Assembly: GCA_964655915.1 (NCBI GenBank)
Contig: CAZZNV010000006.1
Location: forward strand, 9,256 to 73,255
Source of the DNA: an uncultured Azospirillaceae bacterium
GTDB taxonomy: Bacteria > Pseudomonadota > Alphaproteobacteria > RF32 > CAG-239
Direction of reading: 5' to 3'
DNA: 64,000 nucleotides
This document shows positions 1-9,150 of the stretch, one piece after another (the stretch's first letter is position 1; every line of letters starts with the position of its first letter). Below the pieces are notes generated by a model. It ran no database searches and was not told the DNA's origin. It saw only the letters and a program-made list of their open reading frames with translations. The position numbers and the translations under genes are program-made.

Positions 1-376
1 CTCCCGCCAGCAGAGTAGAAGCCATAATGACTTTTTGCATTTCTCTGTTTTTCAGCTTTTGCCGTAAAATATGTCCTCCTTTGATGTGTCCGGTCTCATG
101 AGCAATGACGCCGGCAAGTTCATTAGGGGTGTCTGCATTCAAAATCGTTCCGGTATTAACAAATAAATTGTTTCCGTCCGATACAAAAGCATTGAGTGTC
201 TGGTCATTCACGATAAAAAGCTTATTGCGGTCAAACTTGATGTTGGCGGCATCAAACAGCGGTTTGGCAATTTCGCCCAACAATTGCTCGGTTTCTTCAT
301 CAGATATAATGCTTAATGCCAGAGCAGGGCGGCTCATAAATACGGCAAAGGCCGGTAATAACAGTAATAGTCTCAC
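1..376 (-). CDS. M48 family metalloprotease (BepA/YfgC-like), 5' part; runs off the window start
   Basis: Not in the ORF track. Manual translation of the minus strand from GTG 376 gives VRLLLLLPAFAVFMSRPALALSIISDEETEQLL...LNAFVSDGNNLFVNTG...ELAGVIAHETGH, i.e. a signal peptide, NAF motif and HExxH. Confidence 0.85.
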   Translation of the reverse strand, partial: MRLLLLLPAFAVFMSRPALALSIISDEETEQLLGEIAKPLFDAANIKFDRNKLFIVNDQTLNAFVSDGNNLFVNTGTILNADTPNELAGVIAHETGHIKGGHILRQKLKNREMQKVIMASTLLAG

Positions 377-408
377 CAGCCTTTGAGCAATAGAAACAGC
401 ACCCAGGC

Positions 409-2910
409 CTAGCCTTTTATAAGTTTCTTCCACCAAGTTGATTTTTCCTTCACAGGCTCAGGGGTTTCATTGTTGTTTTCAGGTTTAACGCTTTCATGGC
501 TGTCATAAAGGATAACCGCTTCATTTTTTTCTTTAGATTTATCCCTGTCTTGCTCGTCATTATGAAAACGTTCACGACGACTTCCCCGTCTTCCGCGATG
601 ATTATCTCTGCGGCGACGATTATTTCGATAATTGTTGCGTCCCCCCGTTTCGGCATCGGCATTTTCTTCATTTGAAACGGCGTCCTCAACTTCAGGAGTC
701 TCCTCAATAATCTCCTGAGGTTCGGAAACTTTTTCCTCCTCTTGAGGTTTAGCCCCCTTAACCCGTTCGATTCTATAATCCGAAATACACTGAATACTGT
801 TATCGGCGCTGATGATAATGGTCATTTTATATTTTTGTTCCAAATCGGTCAGGCATTGACGCTTTTGATTGAGCAGATAAATCGCAATATCAGCGGGAAC
901 AAAAATATTCAAACGAGAAGAACGTCCCTTGCTTCCTTCTTCCTCAATTCCGCGCAAAACAAATACAGCACTGGATTCTGTCGTGCGAACCATACCGCGT
1001 CCTTGACAATGCGGGCAAACCTGATAGTTGCTTTCAAAGAAGGAGGAGTGCATTCTCTGTCTGGACAATTCCAACAGACCGAACATGCTCATTTTGCCAA
1101 CCTGAACTCTGGAGCGATCTTTTTTCATGGCTTCTTTCATGCGTTTTTCAACAGCATGGTTGTTGGCTGGTTCTTCCATATCAATAAAGTCCACCACGAC
1201 CAATCCGGCAAGATTACGCATGCGCAATTGGCGCGCAATCTCGTCACAGGCTTCCAAATTTGTCTTAAGCGCTGTTTCTTCCAAGTCTTTTTCTTTGGTT
1301 GCGCGACCGGAGTTGACATCAATTGAGATAAGTGCTTCCGTGGGGTTAATTACCAAATAACCTCCGGATTCTAAGGGCGCATTGTATTCATGCAACTTAT
1401 CCAACTGTCCTTCAACCTGAAAACGTTGGAACAACGGAATGTCGTTATTACGGTAGTGCTTTATTTTCTTCAAGCTGTGCGGTGATAAGATTCTAAAGAA
1501 ATCTTTGGCTTGTTTATAAGCCTCATCTCCGGAAACGATAATTTCAGAAGTTTCTCTGGTATAAATATCGCGCAAAGCACGTTTAATCAGGTTTCCTTCT
1601 TCATGAATCAAAGCCGGAGCTTTTGTCGCCAAAGAAGCCAGACGAATTTGATTCCACGCGCGGATAAGATAATTGTAGTCTCGGACAATATCCGCCTTTG
1701 TTTTCTCTTCTCCGGCCGTGCGAACAATAATAGACATATCTGCTGTCAGAGGAAGTTCCTTAACAATGCTTTTCAAGCGTGAACGATCGGCTGCATTGGT
1801 AATTTTTCTGGATACGCCGCCACTTTTAATGCGGTTGGGCATCAACACACAATAACGTCCGGCAAGCGATAAATACGTTGTCAGTGCAGCCCCTTTGTTT
1901 CCACGTTCTTCCTTAACAACCTGAACTAAAACAATCTGCCCTTCCTTAATAACATCTTGGATTTTGCTGCGGTGGAATAATTTACGAGCGCGGATAAGCT
2001 TTCTCTGCAACTCAAAATCATTTTCCAAGTCTTCGTCATAATCCTCATCATGTTCAATCTCCTCATCAGACCCTGAGTAGGAAGATTGCTTGTTTTCAAG
2101 CTCTTCACTGACAGAAGCTTCTTCAATTCCACAGTCTTCTTTCAAAACCTTCAGGGCATCAGATTCGCCTTTGGCTTTGACCGGAGTTTCAACGGCATCG
2201 GCGTTCTCGACGGTAACTTCAGCTGTTTCTTCAGCAGAAACTTTTTTCGCTTTTTTAGCAAAAGAACGCTGTTTTTGATAACGTTTTTTCAGTAAACGCT
2301 TTTTGGGTTGATGTTTCTTATCAACGGGAATTTCTTCTTCGTCACCAGAGAATTCAACAGAAGAAACTTCTTCTGCATCGGCTTTCGTGGAAACAACTTC
2401 CTCAGCATCAACTGTTGTTGGTAAAACCGTTTCATTAACGTCCGATTCGCCCTCCTGAGGAGCTTCGATAACTTCTTTGTTTTCATTCATCGCGGCTGCG
2501 GCAATCTCAGCTTCAGCTTGAGCCTTAGCTGCCAAAGCGGCCTCGCGTGCTGCGGCTTTTTCTTGGCGAATACGTTCTCTTTCCAGTTCACGTTCTTTTA
2601 AAGCCTGTTTCTTGTTCTCAATAATCTCGTTAACTTCATCTTCCACAATTTGAAGTTCTTCATCAGAAATATTGTAGTAATCGGGGTGAATTTCGCCAAA
2701 AGCCATAAATCCGTGCTTGTTTCCGCCATAATCCACAAAACACGCCTGCAACGAAGGCTCAACCCGCATTACTTTTCCAAGATAAATATTTCCTTTGATT
2801 TGCTTACGGTTAGTTGATTCAAATTCAACATCTTCAAGTTTGTTGCCGTTAATAACAACCACTCTGGTTTCTTCGGGTTGTGTGTCGTCAATCAACATTT
2901 TCTTTATCAT
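409..2910 (-). CDS. rne: Ribonuclease E/G
   Basis: MLID..PEETRVVV, KGNIYLGKV.RVEPSLQA.FVDYG, DVNSGRAT, DFIDM and CPHCQGRG zinc link; long acidic insertion in the S1 domain and Arg-rich C-terminus typical of alphaproteobacterial RNase E; start at ATG 2910 after GGAG. Confidence 0.96.
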   Translation of the reverse strand: MIKKMLIDDTQPEETRVVVINGNKLEDVEFESTNRKQIKGNIYLGKVMRVEPSLQACFVDYGGNKHGFMAFGEIHPDYYNISDEELQIVEDEVNEIIENKKQALKERELERERIRQEKAAAREAALAAKAQAEAEIAAAAMNENKEVIEAPQEGESDVNETVLPTTVDAEEVVSTKADAEEVSSVEFSGDEEEIPVDKKHQPKKRLLKKRYQKQRSFAKKAKKVSAEETAEVTVENADAVETPVKAKGESDALKVLKEDCGIEEASVSEELENKQSSYSGSDEEIEHDEDYDEDLENDFELQRKLIRARKLFHRSKIQDVIKEGQIVLVQVVKEERGNKGAALTTYLSLAGRYCVLMPNRIKSGGVSRKITNAADRSRLKSIVKELPLTADMSIIVRTAGEEKTKADIVRDYNYLIRAWNQIRLASLATKAPALIHEEGNLIKRALRDIYTRETSEIIVSGDEAYKQAKDFFRILSPHSLKKIKHYRNNDIPLFQRFQVEGQLDKLHEYNAPLESGGYLVINPTEALISIDVNSGRATKEKDLEETALKTNLEACDEIARQLRMRNLAGLVVVDFIDMEEPANNHAVEKRMKEAMKKDRSRVQVGKMSMFGLLELSRQRMHSSFFESNYQVCPHCQGRGMVRTTESSAVFVLRGIEEEGSKGRSSRLNIFVPADIAIYLLNQKRQCLTDLEQKYKMTIIISADNSIQCISDYRIERVKGAKPQEEEKVSEPQEIIEETPEVEDAVSNEENADAETGGRNNYRNNRRRRDNHRGRRGSRRERFHNDEQDRDKSKEKNEAVILYDSHESVKPENNNETPEPVKEKSTWWKKLIKG

Positions 2911-3362
2911 AATAAATCTCCGCGCGTTTTTTCGCAAAACGCTATAAAAATTTCACCAAACCGGCGGGAGTGTCTAAAGGAACAAAGAACGGCCGTTTCA
3001 AGCCCAACATCCTAAACAATGGCGTTAACACCAGTGTTTTATCCAAAATTCCTCAATTCCGCAGATGCATCAAAATTTTTATTGCTTAATTAAACATCCA
3101 CGCATAAAACCCGTCCGGCAAAAACATTGCCCAATCCGTCGCACGATGCCGCTTTTTCGCTGTGATAAAACGGCGGTATCAAATTCCGGCCTTATTAAGA
3201 AAAAACATTGTCAGGAAAAGCCGTATCCGATACAAAAGCCATGCAACATTCACAAGCATAAACATTTTGATTTAAAACACAACAAAAAATTTATTTGTTT
3301 ACCCTTTAAGATATTAGTAACTGTATTGCGTTATAATTATTCCCAAAAGGATAAGAAAAAGA

Positions 3363-4607
3363 GTGAAAAAAGTGCTTCATTATTGGGGTGAAAAGTTAAA
3401 GAAGTTAGCCTTGCTTTTTATTGCGGGAGCGGTTTTGTGTGCTCCGTCAACAGCCCGTGCCGCGCGTATTTCGGCTTTGCGTGTCGGGCAGGGAATTGGT
3501 AGTGTACGTATTGTTTTGGATGCTGATGCAAAATTTAAGTACCATGCATTTTTGTTAACGGAACCCAAACGTTTGGTTGTGGACACCCAAGACATTGATG
3601 TTGATCCGAAAGTTGAAAAAAATTTGGAGGCAAACGGTTTTGTGAGCCGCGTGCGGCTGGGAAATACCGGCGTGAACGGGATTCGTTTGGTGATGGACTT
3701 GCAAAAACCGGCGATTATAAAAAAGGTGTTTTTATTGCCGCCTCAAAGTAATTTTAGTTGGCGTTTTGTTATTGATATGGAAGTGGCTTCTGATAGGGAG
3801 TTTGCTTCAAAAGTCGGCAGCGAACATGCTTTTAGCGGAGATAACGCTCCGGTGCAGTCTGCGGTTAAGGCGAAAAATCCGACTTCAAAAGCAAATGCCA
3901 ACACGAGCAAATCGCAAAAGATTATTGTTTTGGATCCTGGACACGGCGGTGTTGATCCTGGAGCAATCGGTGTTTCCGGAGTTTATGAAAAAAATATCAC
4001 ATTAGCAATGGGACGTGAGCTTAAGGAAATCATAGAAAAACAATATGGTTATAAGGTCTATTTGACCCGCAACCGTGACGTCTTTATTCCTTTGCGTGAC
4101 AGAGTAAAAATTGCCCGTCAACATAATGCCGACTTGTTTCTGTCTATCCATGCTGACAGCGCCCGCAACAGAAAAGCCAAAGGGTTGTCTGTTTATACTT
4201 TGTCGGAGACGGCTTCCGATAAAGAGGCTGCGGCATTAGCTGAAAAAGAAAATAAGGCGGATATTGTTGCCGGATTAAATTTTGCCGAACATTCAAAGGA
4301 AGTGTCGGATATTTTGCTGAATTTAGCGCAGCGTGAAACCATGAATCGCTCGGCGGAATTTGCATCTTTCATGGTTCAAGAAATGCGTAAATCGACCCAT
4401 ACACTGGATAATACGCATCGCTTTGCCGGATTTGCAGTGTTAAAAGCGCCGGATGTTCCCTCAGTTCTGATGGAATTAGGTTATCTCTCCAACGCAGAAG
4501 AAGAAAAGCAATTGCAGCAAAAATCGCATCGTCATAAACTTGCAATCTCGGCTGCAAAAGCAATCGACAGATATTTTAACAACATGCGACATGCCTCTGT
4601 ATTCTAA
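3363..4607 (+). CDS. amiC: N-acetylmuramoyl-L-alanine amidase (AMIN + Amidase_3)
   Basis: LDPGHGGVDPGA, EK, SIHADS and ELGYLSN motifs; divergent from rne as in other alphaproteobacteria. Confidence 0.93.
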   Translation: MKKVLHYWGEKLKKLALLFIAGAVLCAPSTARAARISALRVGQGIGSVRIVLDADAKFKYHAFLLTEPKRLVVDTQDIDVDPKVEKNLEANGFVSRVRLGNTGVNGIRLVMDLQKPAIIKKVFLLPPQSNFSWRFVIDMEVASDREFASKVGSEHAFSGDNAPVQSAVKAKNPTSKANANTSKSQKIIVLDPGHGGVDPGAIGVSGVYEKNITLAMGRELKEIIEKQYGYKVYLTRNRDVFIPLRDRVKIARQHNADLFLSIHADSARNRKAKGLSVYTLSETASDKEAAALAEKENKADIVAGLNFAEHSKEVSDILLNLAQRETMNRSAEFASFMVQEMRKSTHTLDNTHRFAGFAVLKAPDVPSVLMELGYLSNAEEEKQLQQKSHRHKLAISAAKAIDRYFNNMRHASVF

Positions 4608-4719
4608 TCATCTCATATTTATCCCATAGAATGTAAAAATTCTTTGGCTTTTAAAAGAAATTGTAATAAGTTAAGAACAAGATTCTATTTGTTTAACAGC
4701 AATATGATGTGGTTTCGTT

Positions 4720-7185
4720 ATGTTTAAAACTCTATCGTCGCTTTTGAGTACGTTTTTCTTTTTTGCCGTCATCGGTTTGGTTCTGGTCATCGCATCTGTA
4801 TGGAAGATTTCACAAGAACTTCCCGAATATAAACAGCTTGCAAAATATGAACCGGCTGTTACAACACGTCTTTATGCCGGCGATGGACAACTTATGAAAG
4901 AATATGCCGTTGAGAAAAGGTTGTTCGTTCCCGAAGAAAAAATTCCGGAATTGGTAAAACACGCGTTTATTGCGGCGGAAGATAAAAAATTTTATACTCA
5001 TGCGGGAATAGACTTTTTGGGTATTCTGCGTGCTGTTTTGGGAAATGTTAAAAATATCGGGACGGGCAGGCGTCCGGCCGGAGCATCAACCATTACGCAG
5101 CAAGTAGCCAAAAACTTTTTGTTGTCATCAGAACTTTCGTATATGCGCAAGGTAAAAGAGGCTATCCTCGCCACCCGCATAGAGCAGGCTTTCAGCAAAC
5201 AGCACATTTTGGAATTGTATTTAAACGAGATTTATTTGGGTAATCGCTCTTACGGGGTGGCGGCGGCGGCTCTCAACTATTTTGGCAAAGCGCTGGATGA
5301 GTTGTCCATTGAAGAAGTAGCCTATCTCGCGGCGCTTCCCAAAGGACCGAACAATTATAATCCCCAAACCAAATACGAAGCTGCGGTTGCCCGTCGCAAT
5401 TGGGTAATCGATCGTATGCTGGAAGAAGGATACATCACGGCGGAAGAGGCGGAGCCGGCAAAGGATAAACCTCTGGAGGTGATTGAGCGTCGCAACGAGT
5501 TTGTTGAAAACGGCGAGTATTTCAGCGAAGAGGTTCGCCGACTGGTTAAGAAAGAATTCGGAGAAGATGCTCTTTATGAAGGAGGTCTGCTTATCAGAAC
5601 CACGCTGGATCCTCGTCTTCAAAAAATCGCGACCAAAGCGTTTCAAGAAGAAATACAAAATTATGATACCCGTCATGGCTGGCGCGGAGCATTGACCAAC
5701 ATATCTATTGAAGAAAACTACCAAGAACAGCTGTCGGCGATTGAAGTGCCGAGTGGTAAAGCTGATAATTGGATAAAGGCGGTTGTGTTGAGCGTTTCTG
5801 CGGATGAAGCCATAATTGAAACTGAAGGCGGAAATAAAGGTGTTGTCCCGTTTTCACTGTTGTCATGGGCCAGAAAAAATCTTAAAGACCAAGGGATTGG
5901 GAATGCGCCTAAAAACACGGAAGATGTGTTGCAAAAAGGTGATGTTGTTTTGGTTGAAAAAGCAAGTGATAAAGAAGTTAAAGATAAAAAACTTCCTGAA
6001 AATGCTTACCATTTGCGTCAGGTTCCCAATGTTGAAGGCGGACTGGTTGCAATGGACCCTCACACCGGAAAAATATTGGCCATGGTCGGAGGATATTCTT
6101 TTTATAAATCGCAGTTTAATCGAGCAACGCAAGCTATGCGTCAGACAGGATCATCATTTAAGCCGATTGTCTATCTGGCAGCATTGGAAAACGGTTATTC
6201 TCCGACAGATTTAATTTTGGATGCCCCTTTTGTCTTGGACCAAGGACCGGGGTTGCCTAAGTGGAAGCCTGTAAACTATTCCAAAAAGTTCTACGGGTTA
6301 ATGACCTTACGCCAAGGGATAGAAAGATCTCGTAATTTGATGACGGTTCGTTTGGCTCAAGATGTCGGAATGGATAAAGTAGCCGAATATGCTAAAAAAA
6401 TGGGCGTGAATGACAATCTGCCCCAGTTGTTGTCCATGTCGCTGGGAGCCGGTGAGACAAAATTGATTAATATGGCCTCTGCCTATGGTATGATTGTAAA
6501 CGGCGGAAAAAAAGTTTCCCCCTATTTAATCGAACGTATCCAAAACAGGGACGGACGTACTATCTTTAAGCATGATACCCGCAAATGTGATGATTGTAAT
6601 TTTGATGCTTGGAACGGGCAAGAGGCGCCTGAATTGGCAGATGTTCGTGAACAAGTGCTGGACCCGATAAGTGCCTACCAAATGGTTAGCATCTTGGAAG
6701 GAGTTGCCATCAGGGGAACGGCAGCTCGTTTGCGCAATCTTAATCGTCACATTGCCGGAAAAACCGGAACGACAAATAAAAATCAAGATGCTTGGTTTGT
6801 GGGTTTCACACCGGATTTGGTTGTTGCCGTGTATGTTGGCTTTGACGAACCGCGCACGTTGGGACGATTTGAAACAGGGGCCGCTTCGGCTCTGCCTATC
6901 TTCAACAAATTTATGTGGGAAGCAACGGAAAAACAAGCGGATGTACCGTTTCGGGCACCGGCAGGTATCAAATTGGTTCGTGTAAATTATGAAAATGGCA
7001 AGCCGGCTCAGCCAACGGATAAATCTGTCATTGTTGAGGCGTTGAAACCTGAATTTAATTTTGAATCTAAGAGCCAACGAGTTATCGGCAGCAAATTGCC
7101 TGAAGATGATGAAACCGATTCTGATACAAAAGTTTTCGGGGAAGATGATGACGACAACAGTTTCCAGTTGGGAACACAATATTAA
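4720..7185 (+). CDS. mrcA: Penicillin-binding protein 1A
   Basis: Transglycosylase motifs AEDKKFYTH and GASTITQQVAKN; transpeptidase motifs SSFK, SRN and KTG. Confidence 0.95.
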   Translation: MFKTLSSLLSTFFFFAVIGLVLVIASVWKISQELPEYKQLAKYEPAVTTRLYAGDGQLMKEYAVEKRLFVPEEKIPELVKHAFIAAEDKKFYTHAGIDFLGILRAVLGNVKNIGTGRRPAGASTITQQVAKNFLLSSELSYMRKVKEAILATRIEQAFSKQHILELYLNEIYLGNRSYGVAAAALNYFGKALDELSIEEVAYLAALPKGPNNYNPQTKYEAAVARRNWVIDRMLEEGYITAEEAEPAKDKPLEVIERRNEFVENGEYFSEEVRRLVKKEFGEDALYEGGLLIRTTLDPRLQKIATKAFQEEIQNYDTRHGWRGALTNISIEENYQEQLSAIEVPSGKADNWIKAVVLSVSADEAIIETEGGNKGVVPFSLLSWARKNLKDQGIGNAPKNTEDVLQKGDVVLVEKASDKEVKDKKLPENAYHLRQVPNVEGGLVAMDPHTGKILAMVGGYSFYKSQFNRATQAMRQTGSSFKPIVYLAALENGYSPTDLILDAPFVLDQGPGLPKWKPVNYSKKFYGLMTLRQGIERSRNLMTVRLAQDVGMDKVAEYAKKMGVNDNLPQLLSMSLGAGETKLINMASAYGMIVNGGKKVSPYLIERIQNRDGRTIFKHDTRKCDDCNFDAWNGQEAPELADVREQVLDPISAYQMVSILEGVAIRGTAARLRNLNRHIAGKTGTTNKNQDAWFVGFTPDLVVAVYVGFDEPRTLGRFETGAASALPIFNKFMWEATEKQADVPFRAPAGIKLVRVNYENGKPAQPTDKSVIVEALKPEFNFESKSQRVIGSKLPEDDETDSDTKVFGEDDDDNSFQLGTQY

Positions 7186-7201
7186 AGACAAGGGGAAGGT
7201 T

Positions 7202-8315
7202 ATGCGAGCGGAAACAGAAGAAGTAGTTGCAGCCATTAAGCAGTCCATTGCGCTGCTGAGGAGGTCTCTTTGACTACGAAAATGCGGTTATCAGATTAGA
7301 TGAACTTGAAGCTCTTACGGCTGATGCAGACCTTTGGTCAGACCCCGCTCGTGCCCAAAAACTAATGAGTGAAAAGAATAATTTGGAATTTAATTTGGGT
7401 AACCTTAGAGATGCTGAAACCTCTTTGCAGGATTTGGTTGATTTGATAGATTTGGCTGAAGCAGAAAAAGACGATGCCGTCATTTCTGATATAGAAACGC
7501 AGTTAACAGAGTTGCAAACACAACTAAAGCATAGTGAACTTGAAGCACTGTTGAGCGGTGAAGTTGACGCGAATGATACCTACTTGGAAGTGCATTCGGG
7601 AAGCGGCGGAACAGAGGCGCAAGATTGGGCAGAAATGTTACTACGCATGTACAGTCGCTGGGCCGAAGCGCATAAGTATAAGGTTGAGTTTGTTGAGGAA
7701 ACGGAAGGTGATGTGGCCGGAATAAAATCTGCAACAATCAAGATTTGCGGGCACAATGCTTACGGGTGGCTGAAGTCGGAAAGCGGAGTTCACAGATTGG
7801 TGCGCATTTCTCCGTTTGACAGCAATGCACGCCGTCATACAAGTTTTGCCTCCGTCGGAGTTTATCCTGTGGTCGATGATGAAATAGAAATTGAAATTAA
7901 CGAAGCGGATTGTCGTGTTGATACCTATCGCGCTTCCGGAGCCGGAGGGCAACATATTAACAAAACCGATTCTGCGGTGCGCATTACCCATATTCCAACA
8001 GGAATTGTTGTCCAGTGTCAAAATCAGCGTTCACAGTTTCAAAACCGTGATGCCGCATGGAAAATGCTTAAAGCCCGACTTTATGAAATAGAGTTGAAAA
8101 AACGTGAAGATGCTGCTGAAGCGGAAAGAGACAGCCAGGGCGACAATGGTTGGGGGTATCAAATACGCTCTTATGTTTTACAACCCTACAAGATGGTAAA
8201 AGATTTGCGAACACAAGCGGAAACATCTGATTGCAAGGCGGTGCTTGATGGTGATATTGACATGTTTTTAGCAGCCTCTTTGGCGGATAAGGTGGGAAAT
8301 AATGGAAAAAATTAA
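7202..8315 (+). CDS. prfB: Peptide chain release factor 2, with programmed +1 frameshift
   Basis: ATG 7202 MRAETEEVVAAIKQSIALLRRSL, then CTT-TGA-C at 7268-7274; the +1 frame continues DYENAVIRLDEL... into ORF 7365..8315, which has SPF and GGQ motifs. Confidence 0.97.
7259..7274 (+). promoter_or_regulatory. prfB autoregulatory +1 frameshift site (internal SD plus CTT TGA C)
   Basis: Sequence AGGAGG TCT CTT TGA C matches the canonical RF2 recoding signal. Confidence 0.96.
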
Positions 8316-9150
8316 GCGTTTTATAAAAACAATGATGGTTTTATCCGTTGTCGGATATATTGCGTTTTGTTTGAGTGTTTACTTTTTCCCTCAGTGGTTC
8401 TTTTATCATCCGACGGCGCAGAAATCACGTTTGGAAAATGCGCATGCCAATGGTTATAAAGCCGAATACGTTGTTTATCATTCCGAAGATGGGACGCCGC
8501 TCCACGGTTGGTATGTTAAACCCCAAGAAGGTTTTCCCGTAATAATGTTTTTGCACGGAAACTCATATAATATTGAAAAATTTTACACCAAAATGCTTCC
8601 TTTGTCTGAGGCGGGTTATGGCGTGTTTATGCCGGAATATCGCGGGTTTGGGGGAATAAAGGGAGATATTACGGAAACAGCGCTGGCGGCAGATTCTCTG
8701 GCTGCTTTAATATGGCTGAAACAACAAGGATATAATAACGATTCTATTATTCTTTACGGAATGTCTTTGGGGTCTTATACGGCGATTAACACGGCTTACG
8801 TCGGGGGAGAAGAGCAAGCTTTTCGAGCCGTCATTTTAGAAGTTCCTTTTGACAGCCTTTACAATGTGGTAAAAGATGTTGTTCCGGTTCCATTGCCGCT
8901 GAAATGGATAATTAAGGATCGCTATGAAAATCAGCAAAAAATTGCTGCCGTACATTCTCCGATTTTGATTATGGGCGGAACAGATGATCGAACTGTTCCT
9001 TTGGCACGTGCAAAAAATTTGTTTGAATATGCGCAAAACCCTAAAAAGATGATTATCTATCAGGGTGCAGGTCATAGTGATTTGTATAATTTTCGTAACT
9101 ATCGAGATATTTTGACTTGGTTGAAAGAGAATGAAGAAACTCGACATTAA
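8302..9150 (+). CDS. Alpha/beta hydrolase (ABHD13/Bem46-like) with N-terminal TM helix
   Basis: HGN, PEYRGFG, nucleophile elbow GMSLG, D..VP and GAGH. Confidence 0.88.
   Translation: MEKIKRFIKTMMVLSVVGYIAFCLSVYFFPQWFFYHPTAQKSRLENAHANGYKAEYVVYHSEDGTPLHGWYVKPQEGFPVIMFLHGNSYNIEKFYTKMLPLSEAGYGVFMPEYRGFGGIKGDITETALAADSLAALIWLKQQGYNNDSIILYGMSLGSYTAINTAYVGGEEQAFRAVILEVPFDSLYNVVKDVVPVPLPLKWIIKDRYENQQKIAAVHSPILIMGGTDDRTVPLARAKNLFEYAQNPKKMIIYQGAGHSDLYNFRNYRDILTWLKENEETRH

Noticed and set aside
2000-2650. Large acidic/coiled-coil insertion in RNase E as a novelty
   Set aside because: S1-domain insertions are typical of alphaproteobacterial RNase E
3065-3391. 108-aa ORF in the rne/amiC gap
   Set aside because: No SD or recognisable motif, overlaps the promoter region and the amiC start; likely spurious
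6526-7248. 240-aa antisense ORF, and similar shadow ORFs such as 742..1326, 30358..30939 and 55707..56267
   Set aside because: Antisense to well-supported genes, with no motifs
7268-7274. In-frame stop in prfB suggesting a pseudogene or sequencing error
   Set aside because: It is the canonical programmed +1 frameshift site
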